DNA of 63,296 nucleotides, filler included, from 4 parts of 4 records of this genome joined end to end with filler, not necessarily neighbours in it, one strand, 5' to 3'; shown: positions 1 to 11,240, counted from the first letter of the whole stretch. Numbers and translations: made by a program. Notes: a model not told the origin generated them from the sequence alone.

Positions 1-1237
1 GGCCCGTGTGCAGGGCGCGGATCTGGTGATTATGGGCGGGCTGAACGATGGCGCATGGCCTGAAGCCCCGTCACCCGACCCGTGGCTGAACCGTAAGATG
101 CGGCTTGATTCCGGTATGTTATTGCCGGAACGGCGTATTGGTCTTTCGGCGCATGACTATCAACAAGCTATTGCCGCGCCCGAAGTCTGGCTGACCCGCG
201 CTATCCGTTCGGAGGAGGCGGAAACGGTGCCATCACGCTGGTTGAACCGGTTGGAAAACCTGTTGAACGGTCTGCCGGAGGGGCAGGGGAAAACCGCGCT
301 GAAGGACATGCGCGAACGGGGGCAGTATTGGACCGGGCAGGTGCAGGCAATCGAGGCTTTTACCCGCGTTGATCCCGCACCGCGCCCATCACCACGCCCG
401 CCGGTCAGTGCGCGACCACATGCCCTTTCCGTCACCGAAATCAAACGGCTGATCCGCGACCCCTATGCGATCTATGCCAAACACACCTTGCGCCTGCGTC
501 CCATTGATCCGCTTGTGCAATCCCCGGACGCCCCGGTACGCGGTATCATCGTACATAAGATTATGGAATTGTTCATTAAATCAGTGCGTGAAGATTCCAG
601 CCGCCTGACCCGAGACCATTTGATTGAGATTACGCGAGAGGTGTTGAGCGACGACGTGCCATGGCCCGCCGCACGGCTGATGTGGCAAGCGCGGGTTGAA
701 CGGATTGCTGATTGGTTTGTCAAAAATGAACAACACCGCCAAAGCTTTGCAACACCGATGCTGTTTGAAGAAGCCGCCAAAGGGGTGCATGAATTCAAGG
801 ATCTGGGCTTCAGGCTGAAAGGGTTTGCCGACCGGATCGACCGCACCGAATTTGGTGATGTGCTGATCTATGACTATAAAACCGGCAACCCGCCCAGCGC
901 CAAGGAACAAAAGTTCTTTGACAAACAACTGTTGCTTGAGGCGGCGATGATCGAGGAAGGCGGGTTTGAAAACGTCGGTGTGGCCACAGTGGCAAATGCG
1001 GTCTTCATCGGGTTGGGCAGCAGCCCGAAAGAAGTGTCTGCTCCTTTGGACGATGAACCGCCAGCCACCGTTCTGGCCGGTTTGCATTCATTGATTGAAA
1101 CCTATCTGTCAGCGCAGCAGGGGTTCACTGCGCGTCGCCTTGTCAAAACCGAAGACGCCGCAGGGGATTATGATCAGCTGGCACGATTTGGCGAATGGGA
1201 CGGCACCACCCCTGCAACACCGGAGGATTTGGCGTGA
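1..1237 (+). CDS. addB: Double-strand break repair protein AddB, 5'-truncated
   Basis: C-terminal PD-(D/E)xK nuclease (GFADRID...IYDYKTG) and LSVTEIKRLIRDPYAIYA motif; its stop overlaps the addA start. Confidence 0.93.
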   Translation, partial: ARVQGADLVIMGGLNDGAWPEAPSPDPWLNRKMRLDSGMLLPERRIGLSAHDYQQAIAAPEVWLTRAIRSEEAETVPSRWLNRLENLLNGLPEGQGKTALKDMRERGQYWTGQVQAIEAFTRVDPAPRPSPRPPVSARPHALSVTEIKRLIRDPYAIYAKHTLRLRPIDPLVQSPDAPVRGIIVHKIMELFIKSVREDSSRLTRDHLIEITREVLSDDVPWPAARLMWQARVERIADWFVKNEQHRQSFATPMLFEEAAKGVHEFKDLGFRLKGFADRIDRTEFGDVLIYDYKTGNPPSAKEQKFFDKQLLLEAAMIEEGGFENVGVATVANAVFIGLGSSPKEVSAPLDDEPPATVLAGLHSLIETYLSAQQGFTARRLVKTEDAAGDYDQLARFGEWDGTTPATPEDLA

Positions 1238-4200
1238 CCCATAACGATGCCACCCGCGCCCAGATCGAAGCGGCACGGCCGGATGCCTCTACATGGCTTG
1301 GCGCAAATGCGGGGTCGGGCAAAACGCGCGTTCTGACAGATCGCGTGGCGCGTTTGCTGCTGAATGGTGTCGAACCGCAACATATCCTGTGCCTGACCTA
1401 TACCAAGGCAGCCGCGTCAGAGATGCAGAACCGTTTGTTCAAACGATTGGGCGAATGGGCGATGCTGCGCGATGTTGAGCTACGCGAAGCCATGTCGGAA
1501 CTGGGTGTCCAAGGGCAGCTGGACGCAGAGCAACTGCGCAAGGCGCGCACCCTGTTTGCCCTGGCGATTGAAACCCCCGGCGGGTTGAAGATCCAGACCA
1601 TCCATTCCTTTTGTGCGTCACTGTTACGGCGCTTTCCGCTGGAAGCCGGGGTCAGTCCCCAGTTCACCGAAATCGAGGATCGCGCCGCCGACCTGCTGCG
1701 CGCTGATATCGTGGATGAAATGTCGGAAGGCGGCGAGGCCCATTTGATCAGCAATATCGCCCGTTTTTATACGGGCGAGGATTTTGGCAAATTGACCAGA
1801 CGTATTGTCGGGATGCGGGACGGGTTTGAAACACCTGTGACGCGCGGCGATGTCCTTGCCCATCTGGGTCAGCCTGCGGATCTGGACACGCAATCGGTTG
1901 AGGGTGGTGTTTTCCTTGGAGGTGAAGGTGAACTGCTCAGCGCGATCGTACCGCACTTGTTGGCCAAGGGCGGCAATGACGCGAAAGCCGGAGCGAAGTT
2001 GCAAGAGATCGACAGTGTGAGTTTGGCCATTTTGCCCTTGTTAGAGAGTTTTTTTCTGACCGGCAGCGGCGCAAAATCACCCTTTACGGCCAAGATTGGC
2101 AGCTTTCCAACCAAAGCCACCCAAGCGGTCCTTGGTGCCCTGATGGATCCGCTTGAAGCCCTTATGTTGCGGGTCGAAGACACACGAAATGCCCGGTTGT
2201 CCCTGATGGCCGCAGAAAAGGCAGAAGCCCTGCAACAATTTGCGCAGGCTTTCCTTGCGCGATACGCTGCGGCCAAACAACTGCGAGGGTGGCTAGACTT
2301 TGACGATCTGATCCTGCGCGCCCGCGCCTTGTTACAGGACGAGCGGGTCGCGGCATGGGTGCTGTACCGGATTGACGGCGGCATTGACCATATTCTGGTG
2401 GATGAGGCGCAGGATACCTCGCCAAACCAATGGGACATCATCGAATTGCTGACCGATGAGTTTTACAGCGGGTCCGGCGCACGGGTCGACGTGGCGCGAA
2501 CCCTGTTTGTGGTTGGCGACAAGAAGCAGTCGATCTATTCTTTTCAGGGTGCCGACCCGCTGGAGTTTGATCGCAAAAGCCTGACCTTCGAGGAAAAGAT
2601 CAAAGCCGCCGGTCAGGTTTTCCAACACCGCAGTCTGGACTATTCCTTTCGGTCCTCCAGCGCCATTTTACGCTTTGTAGACACTATTTTTGATCCGACC
2701 CGCCAAGTGGATTTTGATCGTCAAAGCCAGCATATTGCGTTCAAGGATGCCTTGCCCGGCCGCGTTGATCTTTGGCCCGTGGTGGCCAAGGCGGAGGCAG
2801 ATGAGGACCGCCCGTGGACCGACCCCCTGGACCGGCGTTCCGAGCAGCATCACACGGTTATTCTGGCCGAACAGATTGCGACACAGATCAAGGAACTGAC
2901 CGATCCCGACAACCCGACATTTATCCCGGACGACGGGAAAGAGCGGGGCACCTTGATCAAACGTCCCGTGCGTGCCGGTGATTTTCTGATCCTTGTGCAA
3001 CGGCGCTCTGCCCTGTTTGCTGAAATTATCCGTGCCTGCAAAGCTGCCGGTTTACCAATTGCCGGGGCGGATCGCCTTAAGGTCGGCGCGGAACTAGCGG
3101 TCAAGGATCTGGCCGCGCTGCTGTCCTTTCTTGCAACACCTGATGACAACCTGTCGCTCGCCACGGCGCTTAAGTCTCCGCTGTTTGGTTGGTCGGAACA
3201 GGACATTTACGATCTGGCCCACAAGCGGACGGTTTCCAGCCTGACGCAAGCGCTGCGTGATCGCAAGGAAGACTATGCTGAAACACTCAGCGTTTTAAAT
3301 GACTTGCGCGGGCAGGTCGATTTTCTGCGGCCCTATGACCTGATCGAACGCATCCTAACCCGACATGGCGGGCGCGAAAAATTGCTGGCGCGATTGGGCC
3401 CGGAGGCTGAAGACGGCATCAACGCGATGTTGACGCAGGCACTGGCCTATGAACGCAATGATATTCCCAGTCTGACAGGCTTCATCGAATGGATGCAGAC
3501 CGACGACCTTGAAATCAAACGTCAGATTGACAGTGCCTCGAACCAGATCAGGGTGATGACGGTGCATGGTTCCAAAGGGCTGGAGGCACCGATTGTGATC
3601 CTCCCGGATACGGGGCGACGTGATATTGTAATCAAGGACGAGATTGTCGAACTGGAAGAAACGCCGGTCTGGAAACCCGCCGCTGCCGACCTGCCGGAAG
3701 CGATGCGTGTGACCGTCGAGGATATGAAAGGCGCGCAATATGCTGAACGGCTGCGGCTGTTGTACGTTGCGCTGACCCGGGCCGAGAAATGGCTGATGAT
3801 CGCAGCGGCAGGGGAGTTGTCCAAAGACCGTAGCGACTGGTATCAGATCGCCGAAGACGCAATGGATCACCTGAACGGCGTCGAGGTTGGCAGCAGCGGT
3901 ATCAGACGGTTTGAAGAGGGCGATTGGGAGGGGCTTGACCTGCAGGTCGACCCGGAAGTCGCGGCTGAAATGCCCCAGTTAGAGCCTATTTTTGAACAAC
4001 CCTATCCTATTTTTGCATTGGAAGACGTTGTTTTCTCGCCTTCTGATCTGGGTGGGAGAAAGGCATTGCCGGGGGTGTTGGGCGAGGAAAGCGAACAGGC
4101 AATGACCTATGGCACGATGGTGCATGAAATGCTGGAAGCCCTGCCCGGACTGGTTGAGCCTGCATTTTCAAACACCGCAAGATACCACACCCAAAAGGCC

Positions 4201-4614
4201 ACCCCTGAGGAGGCCGAGCAGGCAATCAACGAAGTGCGGCGCGTGTTGGACAATCCTGCACTGGCCTCGGTCTTTGCCAATGATACGCTGACGGAGGTGC
4301 CGGTCACGGCCAGTGTGCGCGGCGAGCGCCTGCATGGGGTCATTGACCGTTTGATCATCAAACCAGACCGTATTTTGCTGATCGATTACAAGACCAACCG
4401 CACGGTGCCTGACACACCTGAAACATGTCCCGACGGTATTTTGCGGCAAATGGGCGCTTACGCTGCGATGCTGGCGCAGATCTATCCTGATCGCCAGATC
4501 GACACGATCATCCTGTGGACAGCCACTGCATCATTGATGCCCCTGCCGCACGATCTTGTGACATCTGCACTTGCGGCCTCTCCCTACCTTGACGCCACGC
4601 ATGCGCGTTCATAG
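1234..4614 (+). CDS. addA: Double-strand break repair helicase/nuclease AddA
   Basis: Walker A ANAGSGKT, LVDEAQD, VMTVHGSKGLE, RLLYVALTRA, C-terminal GVIDRL...IDYKT nuclease; GTG start at 1234 overlaps addB TGA. Confidence 0.96.
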   Translation: MTHNDATRAQIEAARPDASTWLGANAGSGKTRVLTDRVARLLLNGVEPQHILCLTYTKAAASEMQNRLFKRLGEWAMLRDVELREAMSELGVQGQLDAEQLRKARTLFALAIETPGGLKIQTIHSFCASLLRRFPLEAGVSPQFTEIEDRAADLLRADIVDEMSEGGEAHLISNIARFYTGEDFGKLTRRIVGMRDGFETPVTRGDVLAHLGQPADLDTQSVEGGVFLGGEGELLSAIVPHLLAKGGNDAKAGAKLQEIDSVSLAILPLLESFFLTGSGAKSPFTAKIGSFPTKATQAVLGALMDPLEALMLRVEDTRNARLSLMAAEKAEALQQFAQAFLARYAAAKQLRGWLDFDDLILRARALLQDERVAAWVLYRIDGGIDHILVDEAQDTSPNQWDIIELLTDEFYSGSGARVDVARTLFVVGDKKQSIYSFQGADPLEFDRKSLTFEEKIKAAGQVFQHRSLDYSFRSSSAILRFVDTIFDPTRQVDFDRQSQHIAFKDALPGRVDLWPVVAKAEADEDRPWTDPLDRRSEQHHTVILAEQIATQIKELTDPDNPTFIPDDGKERGTLIKRPVRAGDFLILVQRRSALFAEIIRACKAAGLPIAGADRLKVGAELAVKDLAALLSFLATPDDNLSLATALKSPLFGWSEQDIYDLAHKRTVSSLTQALRDRKEDYAETLSVLNDLRGQVDFLRPYDLIERILTRHGGREKLLARLGPEAEDGINAMLTQALAYERNDIPSLTGFIEWMQTDDLEIKRQIDSASNQIRVMTVHGSKGLEAPIVILPDTGRRDIVIKDEIVELEETPVWKPAAADLPEAMRVTVEDMKGAQYAERLRLLYVALTRAEKWLMIAAAGELSKDRSDWYQIAEDAMDHLNGVEVGSSGIRRFEEGDWEGLDLQVDPEVAAEMPQLEPIFEQPYPIFALEDVVFSPSDLGGRKALPGVLGEESEQAMTYGTMVHEMLEALPGLVEPAFSNTARYHTQKATPEEAEQAINEVRRVLDNPALASVFANDTLTEVPVTASVRGERLHGVIDRLIIKPDRILLIDYKTNRTVPDTPETCPDGILRQMGAYAAMLAQIYPDRQIDTIILWTATASLMPLPHDLVTSALAASPYLDATHARS

Positions 4615-4617
4615 GTT
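4589..4617 (+). promoter_or_regulatory. Putative sigma70 promoter of trxA
   Basis: TTGACG-N17-TAGGTT, overlapping the addA stop codon. Confidence 0.5.
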
Positions 4618-4649
4618 CGCCCTAACGCAATTCTCAGCAGGAGAGCCCC

Positions 4650-4970
4650 ATGGCTACGCTCGCAGTTACCGACAACACATTCGATGCCGAAGTAAAGAAT
4701 TCCGACATCCCCGTAGTGGTGGATTTCTGGGCGGAATGGTGCGGCCCCTGTAAGCAGATCGGCCCATCTTTGGAAGAGCTGTCCACAGAGATGGAAGGCA
4801 AGGTCAAGATCGTCAAAGTAAACGTAGACGAGAACCCGAATTCCCCCGCCCAAATGGGTGTGCGCGGCATTCCAGCGCTGTTTATCTTCAAAAACGGTGA
4901 AGTCGTTTCGAATATGGCCGGTGCCAAACCAAAGGCCGCACTGCAAAGCTGGATCGAAGAGTCCATCTAA
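4650..4970 (+). CDS. trxA: Thioredoxin
   Basis: [11 protein letters not shown] active site; 106 aa. Confidence 0.98.
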   Translation: MATLAVTDNTFDAEVKNSDIPVVVDFWAEWCGPCKQIGPSLEELSTEMEGKVKIVKVNVDENPNSPAQMGVRGIPALFIFKNGEVVSNMAGAKPKAALQSWIEESI

Positions 4971-4994
4971 GCTTTCTGTTTAGGTTCAAGACCT

Positions 4995-5030
4995 CAAGGG
5001 CGTCCCATGCAGGGGCGCCCTTGTGCGTTT
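4995..5030 (+). terminator. Hairpin, probable terminator after trxA
   Basis: CAAGGGCGTCCC-ATGCA-GGGGCGCCCTTG stem-loop followed by TGCGTTT. Confidence 0.55.
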
Positions 5031-5074
5031 GTGCGCCGAGCGCCATATAACAAATCAAGAAAAAGGAGCCCCGC

Positions 5075-5632
5075 ATGACACGAGACGAATTTCCCGGCTG
5101 GCATGGCACCACGATCATCGGTGTGAAGAAGGACGGCGAAGTGGTAATTGCCGGTGACGGTCAGGTCAGCCTTGGCCAGACCGTGATCAAAGGCACCGCG
5201 CGCAAGGTGCGCCGCCTGTCACCCGGCGGGTTTGACGTGGTTGCAGGGTTTGCCGGATCAACCGCAGATGCCTTTACCTTGCTGGAGCGGTTGGAGGCCA
5301 AGCTGGAGGCAACCCCCGGTCAGCTGGCCCGGGCGAGTGTTGAGCTGGCAAAGGACTGGCGCACTGACAAATACCTGCAAAAGCTGGAGGCGATGTTGAT
5401 TGTTACCGACGGCACGGAACTGCTGATCATCACCGGTGCCGGTGATGTTCTGGAGCCGGAGCATAACATTGCCGCTATCGGTTCCGGTGGGAACTTTGCA
5501 ATGGCCGCAGCGCGTGGGTTGATCGACAGCGACCGCGACGCCGAAACCGTGGCGCGGGACGCGATGGCAATTGCATCGGACATCTGCGTCTACACCAACG
5601 GCAATCTGACCGTGGAGAAAATTTCCAAATGA
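5075..5632 (+). CDS. hslV: ATP-dependent protease peptidase subunit HslV
   Basis: WHGTTI catalytic Thr, [20 protein letters not shown]. Confidence 0.98.
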   Translation: MTRDEFPGWHGTTIIGVKKDGEVVIAGDGQVSLGQTVIKGTARKVRRLSPGGFDVVAGFAGSTADAFTLLERLEAKLEATPGQLARASVELAKDWRTDKYLQKLEAMLIVTDGTELLIITGAGDVLEPEHNIAAIGSGGNFAMAAARGLIDSDRDAETVARDAMAIASDICVYTNGNLTVEKISK

Positions 5633-6936
5633 CTGATCTGACACCCCGTGAAATTGTTTCGGAACTTGACCGGTTCATCATCGGGCAGAATGATGCCAAA
5701 CGCGCCGTGGCTGTGGCCCTGCGCAATCGCTGGCGGCGCAAACAGCTGTCCGATGACCTGCGCGATGAGGTTTATCCAAAGAATATCCTGATGATCGGAC
5801 CCACCGGCGTGGGTAAAACCGAAATCAGCCGGCGTTTGGCAAAACTGGCGCGTGCGCCGTTTCTGAAGGTTGAGGCGACCAAATTCACCGAAGTTGGCTA
5901 CGTCGGGCGGGATGTGGAGCAGATCATCCGCGATCTGGTCGACAATGCCATTGTCATGACCCGCGAGCACATGCGCGAAGATGTGAAGGTCAAGGCGCAT
6001 AAAGCCGCAGAGGAACGCGTGATTGACGCAATTGCAGGGGCAGAAGCACGTGACAGCACCCGCGACATGTTCCGCAAAAAGCTGAAAGACGGTTTGCTTG
6101 ACGATACAATGATCGAACTGGAAGTTGCCGACACCACCAGCCCGTTTCCAACAATGGATATCCCCGGACAACCCGGCATGGGCGTCGGGATGATGAACCT
6201 TGGCGATCTGTTTGGCAAAGCCATGGGTGGACGCACAACAAAGAAACGCCTGTCGGTTGCTGAAAGCTATGAAATCCTGATCGGGGAAGAGGCAGACAAG
6301 CTGCTGGATGATGAAACCGTGACCAAGGCGGCCATCGACGCAGTTGAACAGAATGGGATTGTTTTCCTTGATGAGATCGACAAGGTTTGCGCGCGCTCTG
6401 ATGCCCGTGGCGGTGACGTCAGCCGTGAAGGGGTGCAGCGCGATTTGCTGCCGCTGATTGAGGGAACAACCGTCAGCACCAAACACGGGCCGGTGAAAAC
6501 CGACCATGTGTTGTTCATCGCGTCGGGCGCGTTTCACATCGCAAAACCTTCTGACCTGTTGCCGGAATTGCAGGGGCGTTTGCCCATTCGGGTAGAGTTG
6601 CGCGCACTGACGGAAGAGGATTTTGTGCGCATTCTGACAGAGACCGACAATGCGCTGACGCTGCAATATACCGCCTTGATGGGCACCGAAGAGGTCACTG
6701 TCAGCTTTACCGAGGATGGCATCGCCGCATTGGCGAAGATAGCGGCGGATGTGAACCAATCGGTTGAAAACATCGGTGCGCGGCGGCTTTATACCGTAAT
6801 GGAACGGGTGTTCGAGGAGCTGTCGTTCAGCGCCCCAGACCGGTCAGGTGACGTCATCGAGGTCAATGCAGAGTTTGTTGACAAGAACCTTGGCGCCCTC
6901 AGCAAATCCGCAGACCTCAGCCGCTACGTGCTTTAG
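5629..6936 (+). CDS. hslU: ATP-dependent protease ATPase subunit HslU
   Basis: [38 protein letters not shown]. Confidence 0.98.
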   Translation: MTDLTPREIVSELDRFIIGQNDAKRAVAVALRNRWRRKQLSDDLRDEVYPKNILMIGPTGVGKTEISRRLAKLARAPFLKVEATKFTEVGYVGRDVEQIIRDLVDNAIVMTREHMREDVKVKAHKAAEERVIDAIAGAEARDSTRDMFRKKLKDGLLDDTMIELEVADTTSPFPTMDIPGQPGMGVGMMNLGDLFGKAMGGRTTKKRLSVAESYEILIGEEADKLLDDETVTKAAIDAVEQNGIVFLDEIDKVCARSDARGGDVSREGVQRDLLPLIEGTTVSTKHGPVKTDHVLFIASGAFHIAKPSDLLPELQGRLPIRVELRALTEEDFVRILTETDNALTLQYTALMGTEEVTVSFTEDGIAALAKIAADVNQSVENIGARRLYTVMERVFEELSFSAPDRSGDVIEVNAEFVDKNLGALSKSADLSRYVL

Positions 6937-6974
6937 GGCTTTCCATTCCCGGCCCATCCTGAGACCAAGACAGG

Positions 6975-8192
6975 ATGGGCTATTTTTCGTTTCTTCGTAC
7001 GAACTGGCTGTTCCTGCTAGCCGGTTTTTTGCTGACGTTCACCTCGTCTTACGGGCAGACCTATTTCATTTCGCTGTTCGCGGGTGAGATCAAAACCGAC
7101 TTTGGCCTGAGTGATGGACAATGGGGTGGGATCTATACCATCGGCACCACCATGTCGGCGGTTGCAATGATCTGGGCCGGGGTGTTGACGGACAGGTTCC
7201 GCGTAAGGGCGCTGGCGGTTGGTGTGATGCTGTGCCTGGCGACGGCCTGTATCGCGATGGCGCTGAACACATCTTGGGTGCTGTTGATCATTGTCATCTT
7301 TGCGCTGCGCCTGTCAGGGCAGGGGATGATGTCGCAATTGGGTTCCGTGGCGATGGTCCGCTGGTTTGAGGCGACACGCGGCAAGGCCCTTTCGCTGGCC
7401 TCCACGGGATTTGCAGCCGGACAAGCCATTTTGCCCATCGTTTTTGTGGCCCTGTTTGCGGTGACTTCTTGGCGGTCACTCTGGGTTCTGGCCGCCCTCC
7501 TGATCGTGCTGACAATACCGTTTCTGGTGATCCTGCTTCGACAGGAACGCACGCCGCAATCCATGGCCGCCGAAACACAGATGAACGGGATGCATGGACG
7601 TCACTGGAGCAGGGCAGAGATGCTGCGCTCGGGGCTGTTTTTCCTGATGATCCCACTGATCCTTGGCCCCTCCGCATGGGGAACGGCATTGTTCTTTCAG
7701 CAGGTACACTTGGCAGAGGTGAAGGGTTGGGAGCTGGTCGCCTATGTCGCGCTGATGCCCATCTATACCCTATCAGCGATTGCCACGACCTTTGCCTCCG
7801 GCTGGGCGATTGACCGCTATGGTGTCAGCCGGGTTGTTCCGATCCAGATGCTGCCTTTCGCGCTGAGCTTTGCGGTGCTGGCCTTTGCGGATACGATATT
7901 TATGGCTGGCGTCGGATTGGTCATCTTTGGGGTTGGGCAAGGGTTGCAAAGCACCGCAACCTCTACCTTTTGGGCCGAATATTTTGGCACCCGTCATATC
8001 GGTTCAATCAAATCGGTGGCGGCAGCGATTATGGTGTTTGGTTCGGCCATTGGTCCGGGGGTTACAGGTGTGTTGATCGACCTTGGGATTGATTTTCCCG
8101 ACCAGATGCTGCCGATTTCCCTATATTACCTTATCGCCGCCGCGCTTGCCGCTTATGGGATCAAACGATATCAGCCCACACTTGGCCGCTAG
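6975..8192 (+). CDS. MFS transporter
   Basis: About 12 hydrophobic segments, GVLTDRFRVR and GWAIDRYG MFS motifs. Confidence 0.88.
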   Translation: MGYFSFLRTNWLFLLAGFLLTFTSSYGQTYFISLFAGEIKTDFGLSDGQWGGIYTIGTTMSAVAMIWAGVLTDRFRVRALAVGVMLCLATACIAMALNTSWVLLIIVIFALRLSGQGMMSQLGSVAMVRWFEATRGKALSLASTGFAAGQAILPIVFVALFAVTSWRSLWVLAALLIVLTIPFLVILLRQERTPQSMAAETQMNGMHGRHWSRAEMLRSGLFFLMIPLILGPSAWGTALFFQQVHLAEVKGWELVAYVALMPIYTLSAIATTFASGWAIDRYGVSRVVPIQMLPFALSFAVLAFADTIFMAGVGLVIFGVGQGLQSTATSTFWAEYFGTRHIGSIKSVAAAIMVFGSAIGPGVTGVLIDLGIDFPDQMLPISLYYLIAAALAAYGIKRYQPTLGR

Positions 8193-8779
8193 CGTTGACG
8201 ACGCAGATAGACGTAATAGGCGCCGCTGCCACCATGGCTGATATGGGCCTGACTGACCTGCAAAACCACAGACTTTAGCGGTGCCATGCCCAACCATTGC
8301 GGCACCTGATGGCGCAAGACGCCGTGACGCACGGGGATGGGTCCACCTTCGTCGCGCTGCTTGCCCTTACCTGTAATCACCAGAACCAGCCGCTTTCCCG
8401 ATGCATGCGCTGAAAGAATAAAACGGCTGAGGGCGGGATGAGCGCGGTCCAATGTCATACCATGCAAATCAATGCGCCCTTCGGGCTTCAACTTGCCGCG
8501 CTTGAGTTTGCCAAAGGCTTTTTGATCCATCTGAACTGGCACATGGCGCATCTGATCGGGCAGTGAAGGGGCCAGATCATGGGTAGATTTTCGCGGCTTG
8601 CCGGTGGGTTTACCCAACACCACAGATTTCGATTTACGCAACGCAGGTACAGTGGGTGCTGGCGCGTCAATCTCGGGCACAAACAGCGATTTCAAATCCA
8701 GCTTTTCGGTGCGTTCCGTGACCCTACGCCAAAGCGCCAGATCATCTTCGTTCAGATGACCATGCTTGCGATGTCGCAT
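8189..8779 (-). CDS. Smr/MutS2 domain protein
   Basis: IDLHGMT...LVITGKG...HGGSGAYYVYL. Confidence 0.93.
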   Translation of the reverse strand: MRHRKHGHLNEDDLALWRRVTERTEKLDLKSLFVPEIDAPAPTVPALRKSKSVVLGKPTGKPRKSTHDLAPSLPDQMRHVPVQMDQKAFGKLKRGKLKPEGRIDLHGMTLDRAHPALSRFILSAHASGKRLVLVITGKGKQRDEGGPIPVRHGVLRHQVPQWLGMAPLKSVVLQVSQAHISHGGSGAYYVYLRRQR

Positions 8780-9831
8780 CAGATCGCGCTTTCGGGCAGC
8801 AGGGCATAGGCGCGTTGAATGGGCATCAGAACAACCATACGGCCCGGATCGCGCAGCTTGCCGGCTTCCTTGCCAGCAAGGTCACCAGTGCCGAAAAACA
8901 CATCCGCCCGTTGCGCCCCTTTGATCGCTGATCCGGTATCCTGCGCCATCATCAAACGGCGCAATGGCTTTTTGCCGTCTTTTTCCACCCAGACCGGCGA
9001 GCCGAGTTTCACATAAGACGGATCAACCGCAATACTGCGCATTGCGGTGACAGAGCGATTCATCGCCCCCAGCGGGCCCTGATCAGCAGGCACTTTGCTG
9101 ACCTCGCGGAAAAACACATAAGACGGGTTGTGAAATAACAATTCACGCCCCTCGACAGGATTGCGGCGCACCCAGTTCTTGATCACATCGGCGCTGACCT
9201 GATGGGCCTGATATACCCCGCGCCGGACCAGCTCCATTCCGATGGAGCGATATTCATGACCGTTGGAGCCGCGATACCCCACGCGAATATAACTGCCATC
9301 GGGCAGTTTGATCCGGCCAGATCCCTGAATTTGCAGAAAGAACAGCTCGACAGGATCATCAACCCAAGCGATCTCAAGCCCACGCCCCGCCAATACCTCC
9401 CTTTCAAGGAGTTCCCGGCGGGTCAGAGTGCGCAGATGATCCGGCGGGATCGCATAGACCGGATAGCGATAGCGGGCAGAGCGGTATTTATCGCCCTCAA
9501 GTTCGGGTTCGAAATATCCGGTGAACATGGCGTCCTGACCATCACTGATCACAACTGGCCGAAAGAACAATTCGAAGAACTGGCGCGCATCAGGATTGGC
9601 AGAGGCATATTTGCACAGCGCACGCCAATCGGGGTCTTTCATATCGCGGCAGGTGTTCAGAAACACCTTAAGGGCCGCGGCGTGATCATCCTCGGCCCAG
9701 CCATCAAGCTGATCAAAACCCAGTACATCATAGGTGACATCAGTGGCATGCGCCGGAGTCATCATAAGAACCCCGGCCCATAGTGATGCTGCCCATGCAC
9801 GGCTTATCCGTCTGTAGAAACCAGCTGCCAA
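8779..9831 (-). CDS. mltA: Membrane-bound lytic murein transglycosylase A (start uncertain; may be ATG near 9765)
   Basis: FTGYFEP, FFLQIQGSG, NPSYVFF, AQDTGSAIKGAQRADVFFG (3D domain). Confidence 0.93.
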   Translation of the reverse strand: MAAGFYRRISRAWAASLWAGVLMMTPAHATDVTYDVLGFDQLDGWAEDDHAAALKVFLNTCRDMKDPDWRALCKYASANPDARQFFELFFRPVVISDGQDAMFTGYFEPELEGDKYRSARYRYPVYAIPPDHLRTLTRRELLEREVLAGRGLEIAWVDDPVELFFLQIQGSGRIKLPDGSYIRVGYRGSNGHEYRSIGMELVRRGVYQAHQVSADVIKNWVRRNPVEGRELLFHNPSYVFFREVSKVPADQGPLGAMNRSVTAMRSIAVDPSYVKLGSPVWVEKDGKKPLRRLMMAQDTGSAIKGAQRADVFFGTGDLAGKEAGKLRDPGRMVVLMPIQRAYALLPESAI

Positions 9832-10466
9832 TTTGGATCATCCGAGCCCATGATACGAGAGAAGACCCAAACATCCTTCTGGCGCTTCACCTCAGTCAAG
9901 CTGCCCTCAATGATGTCACCACCGGCATCACGTACGGCCGAGGTCAGCTCACCAACAAAGCGGATCGTCAATTCGGCCTCATTGGTGGTGGCGTCAAGTG
10001 TCGCATCCATCAATTCAGTTTCCCGCACGCCATTAAATTCGGCTTCGATGGTAAGACCCTGATCTTCGCGAGCAGCGACACCATCGACAAAACTCTCGTA
10101 TATCTCTTCAGAAAGGAACGGCTGGATATCGGCCAGATCACCGCGTTCATATCCCATCACGATCATCTCATAGGCCTGCCGTGCACCGCCCAGAAAATCA
10201 TCAACACCAAAAGACGGCTCAAGCCGCTTCATTTTTGCCAATGCCTTTGCGGCATCGCTGCCTTCAGGCACATGATCGGTGATATCCAGATCAGGACCAC
10301 CTTCAATCACTTCGAAAGCCGGGCTGTTGCTGCGAGACCGGGGGGCCTGATCGGTCACGGGAGGTTTTTCAAAACCTTCCCGGGTTCCCAGAACATTCTT
10401 GAGCCGCAGGATCAGGAATACTGCAATACCGGCCAGGACCAGAAGCTGTATCAAAGGTGAATTCAT
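9804..10466 (-). CDS. Tim44/TimA family adaptor protein
   Basis: N-terminal TM, LGTREGFE, FLGGARQAYEMI, DVWVFSR...DPNWQLVST; ATG at 10466. Confidence 0.9.
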   Translation of the reverse strand: MNSPLIQLLVLAGIAVFLILRLKNVLGTREGFEKPPVTDQAPRSRSNSPAFEVIEGGPDLDITDHVPEGSDAAKALAKMKRLEPSFGVDDFLGGARQAYEMIVMGYERGDLADIQPFLSEEIYESFVDGVAAREDQGLTIEAEFNGVRETELMDATLDATTNEAELTIRFVGELTSAVRDAGGDIIEGSLTEVKRQKDVWVFSRIMGSDDPNWQLVSTDG

Positions 10467-10570
10467 CGAAACCTCACGGTGTGAAACATGGAAATATGTG
10501 CGCTTTGTCCCTATGTAGGTGCTTGGGTTGGGTGAGTCCACTCTACCCCAAGTAAAAGGACATTCACCGC

Positions 10571-11062
10571 ATGTGGCTATTGATCGCATTTATCGCCGTT
10601 CCCTTGATCGAAATCGGGCTTTTTATTCAGGTCGGAGGGCTGATCGGACTGTTTCCCACACTCGCCATTGTGTTGGTCACGGCCGTTCTGGGCACTTGGC
10701 TGGTGCGCACTCAGGGTGCCATGGCCTTGGGCCAGTTGCGCACATCGTTTTCTGATCTGCGCGATCCCACGGAACCACTGGTGCATGGTGCCATGATCCT
10801 GTTCGCCGGCGCATTGTTACTGACGCCCGGATTTTTTACCGATGCGGTTGGTTTTGCCTTTCTGGTCCCCTCAATCCGGCAGGGCGCCTATAAGGCATTA
10901 CGTGCACGGGTCAATGTACAGTCCTTCGGCACACCGGGGCAGGGCACCTATCAAGGAGCATCGCGCCGTTCAGACCAAAGCGATGTGATTGATGCCGACT
11001 ATCACGAAATCCTTGATGACACACCGCGCGACGATGGCCCCTCCGGCTGGACAAAACACTGA
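10571..11062 (+). CDS. fxsA: FxsA family membrane protein
   Basis: VPLIEIGLFIQVG and LLLTPGFFTD motifs. Confidence 0.93.
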   Translation: MWLLIAFIAVPLIEIGLFIQVGGLIGLFPTLAIVLVTAVLGTWLVRTQGAMALGQLRTSFSDLRDPTEPLVHGAMILFAGALLLTPGFFTDAVGFAFLVPSIRQGAYKALRARVNVQSFGTPGQGTYQGASRRSDQSDVIDADYHEILDDTPRDDGPSGWTKH

Positions 11063-11240
11063 AGCATTCCACAAAACCTGATAGAAAGCGCGTCGCTTAA
11101 CGCGTTGGAATATCCGATTTCTGGCAAGGCTCGGTGGTTCAAGTTTTTCGCGAACTGATATGCGGGCAGGACAGACCATTGAGCGCCGCCGCGCCTTCTG
11201 CTAAGCCCGCTTGAAATTGATTTACCAAAGGAACAGCCTC

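Noticed and set aside
5020-5050. RpoH promoter for hslVU (CTTG...CCATAT)
   Set aside because: Biologically plausible, but the spacing is longer than the usual consensus and the -35 lies in the hairpin, so it was not called
5590-6759. 389-aa antisense ORF over hslU (similarly 36534-37814, 38130-39206, 47744-48640, 54369-55310)
   Set aside because: Shadow ORFs opposite well-supported genes, expected in GC-rich DNA; no recognisable motifs
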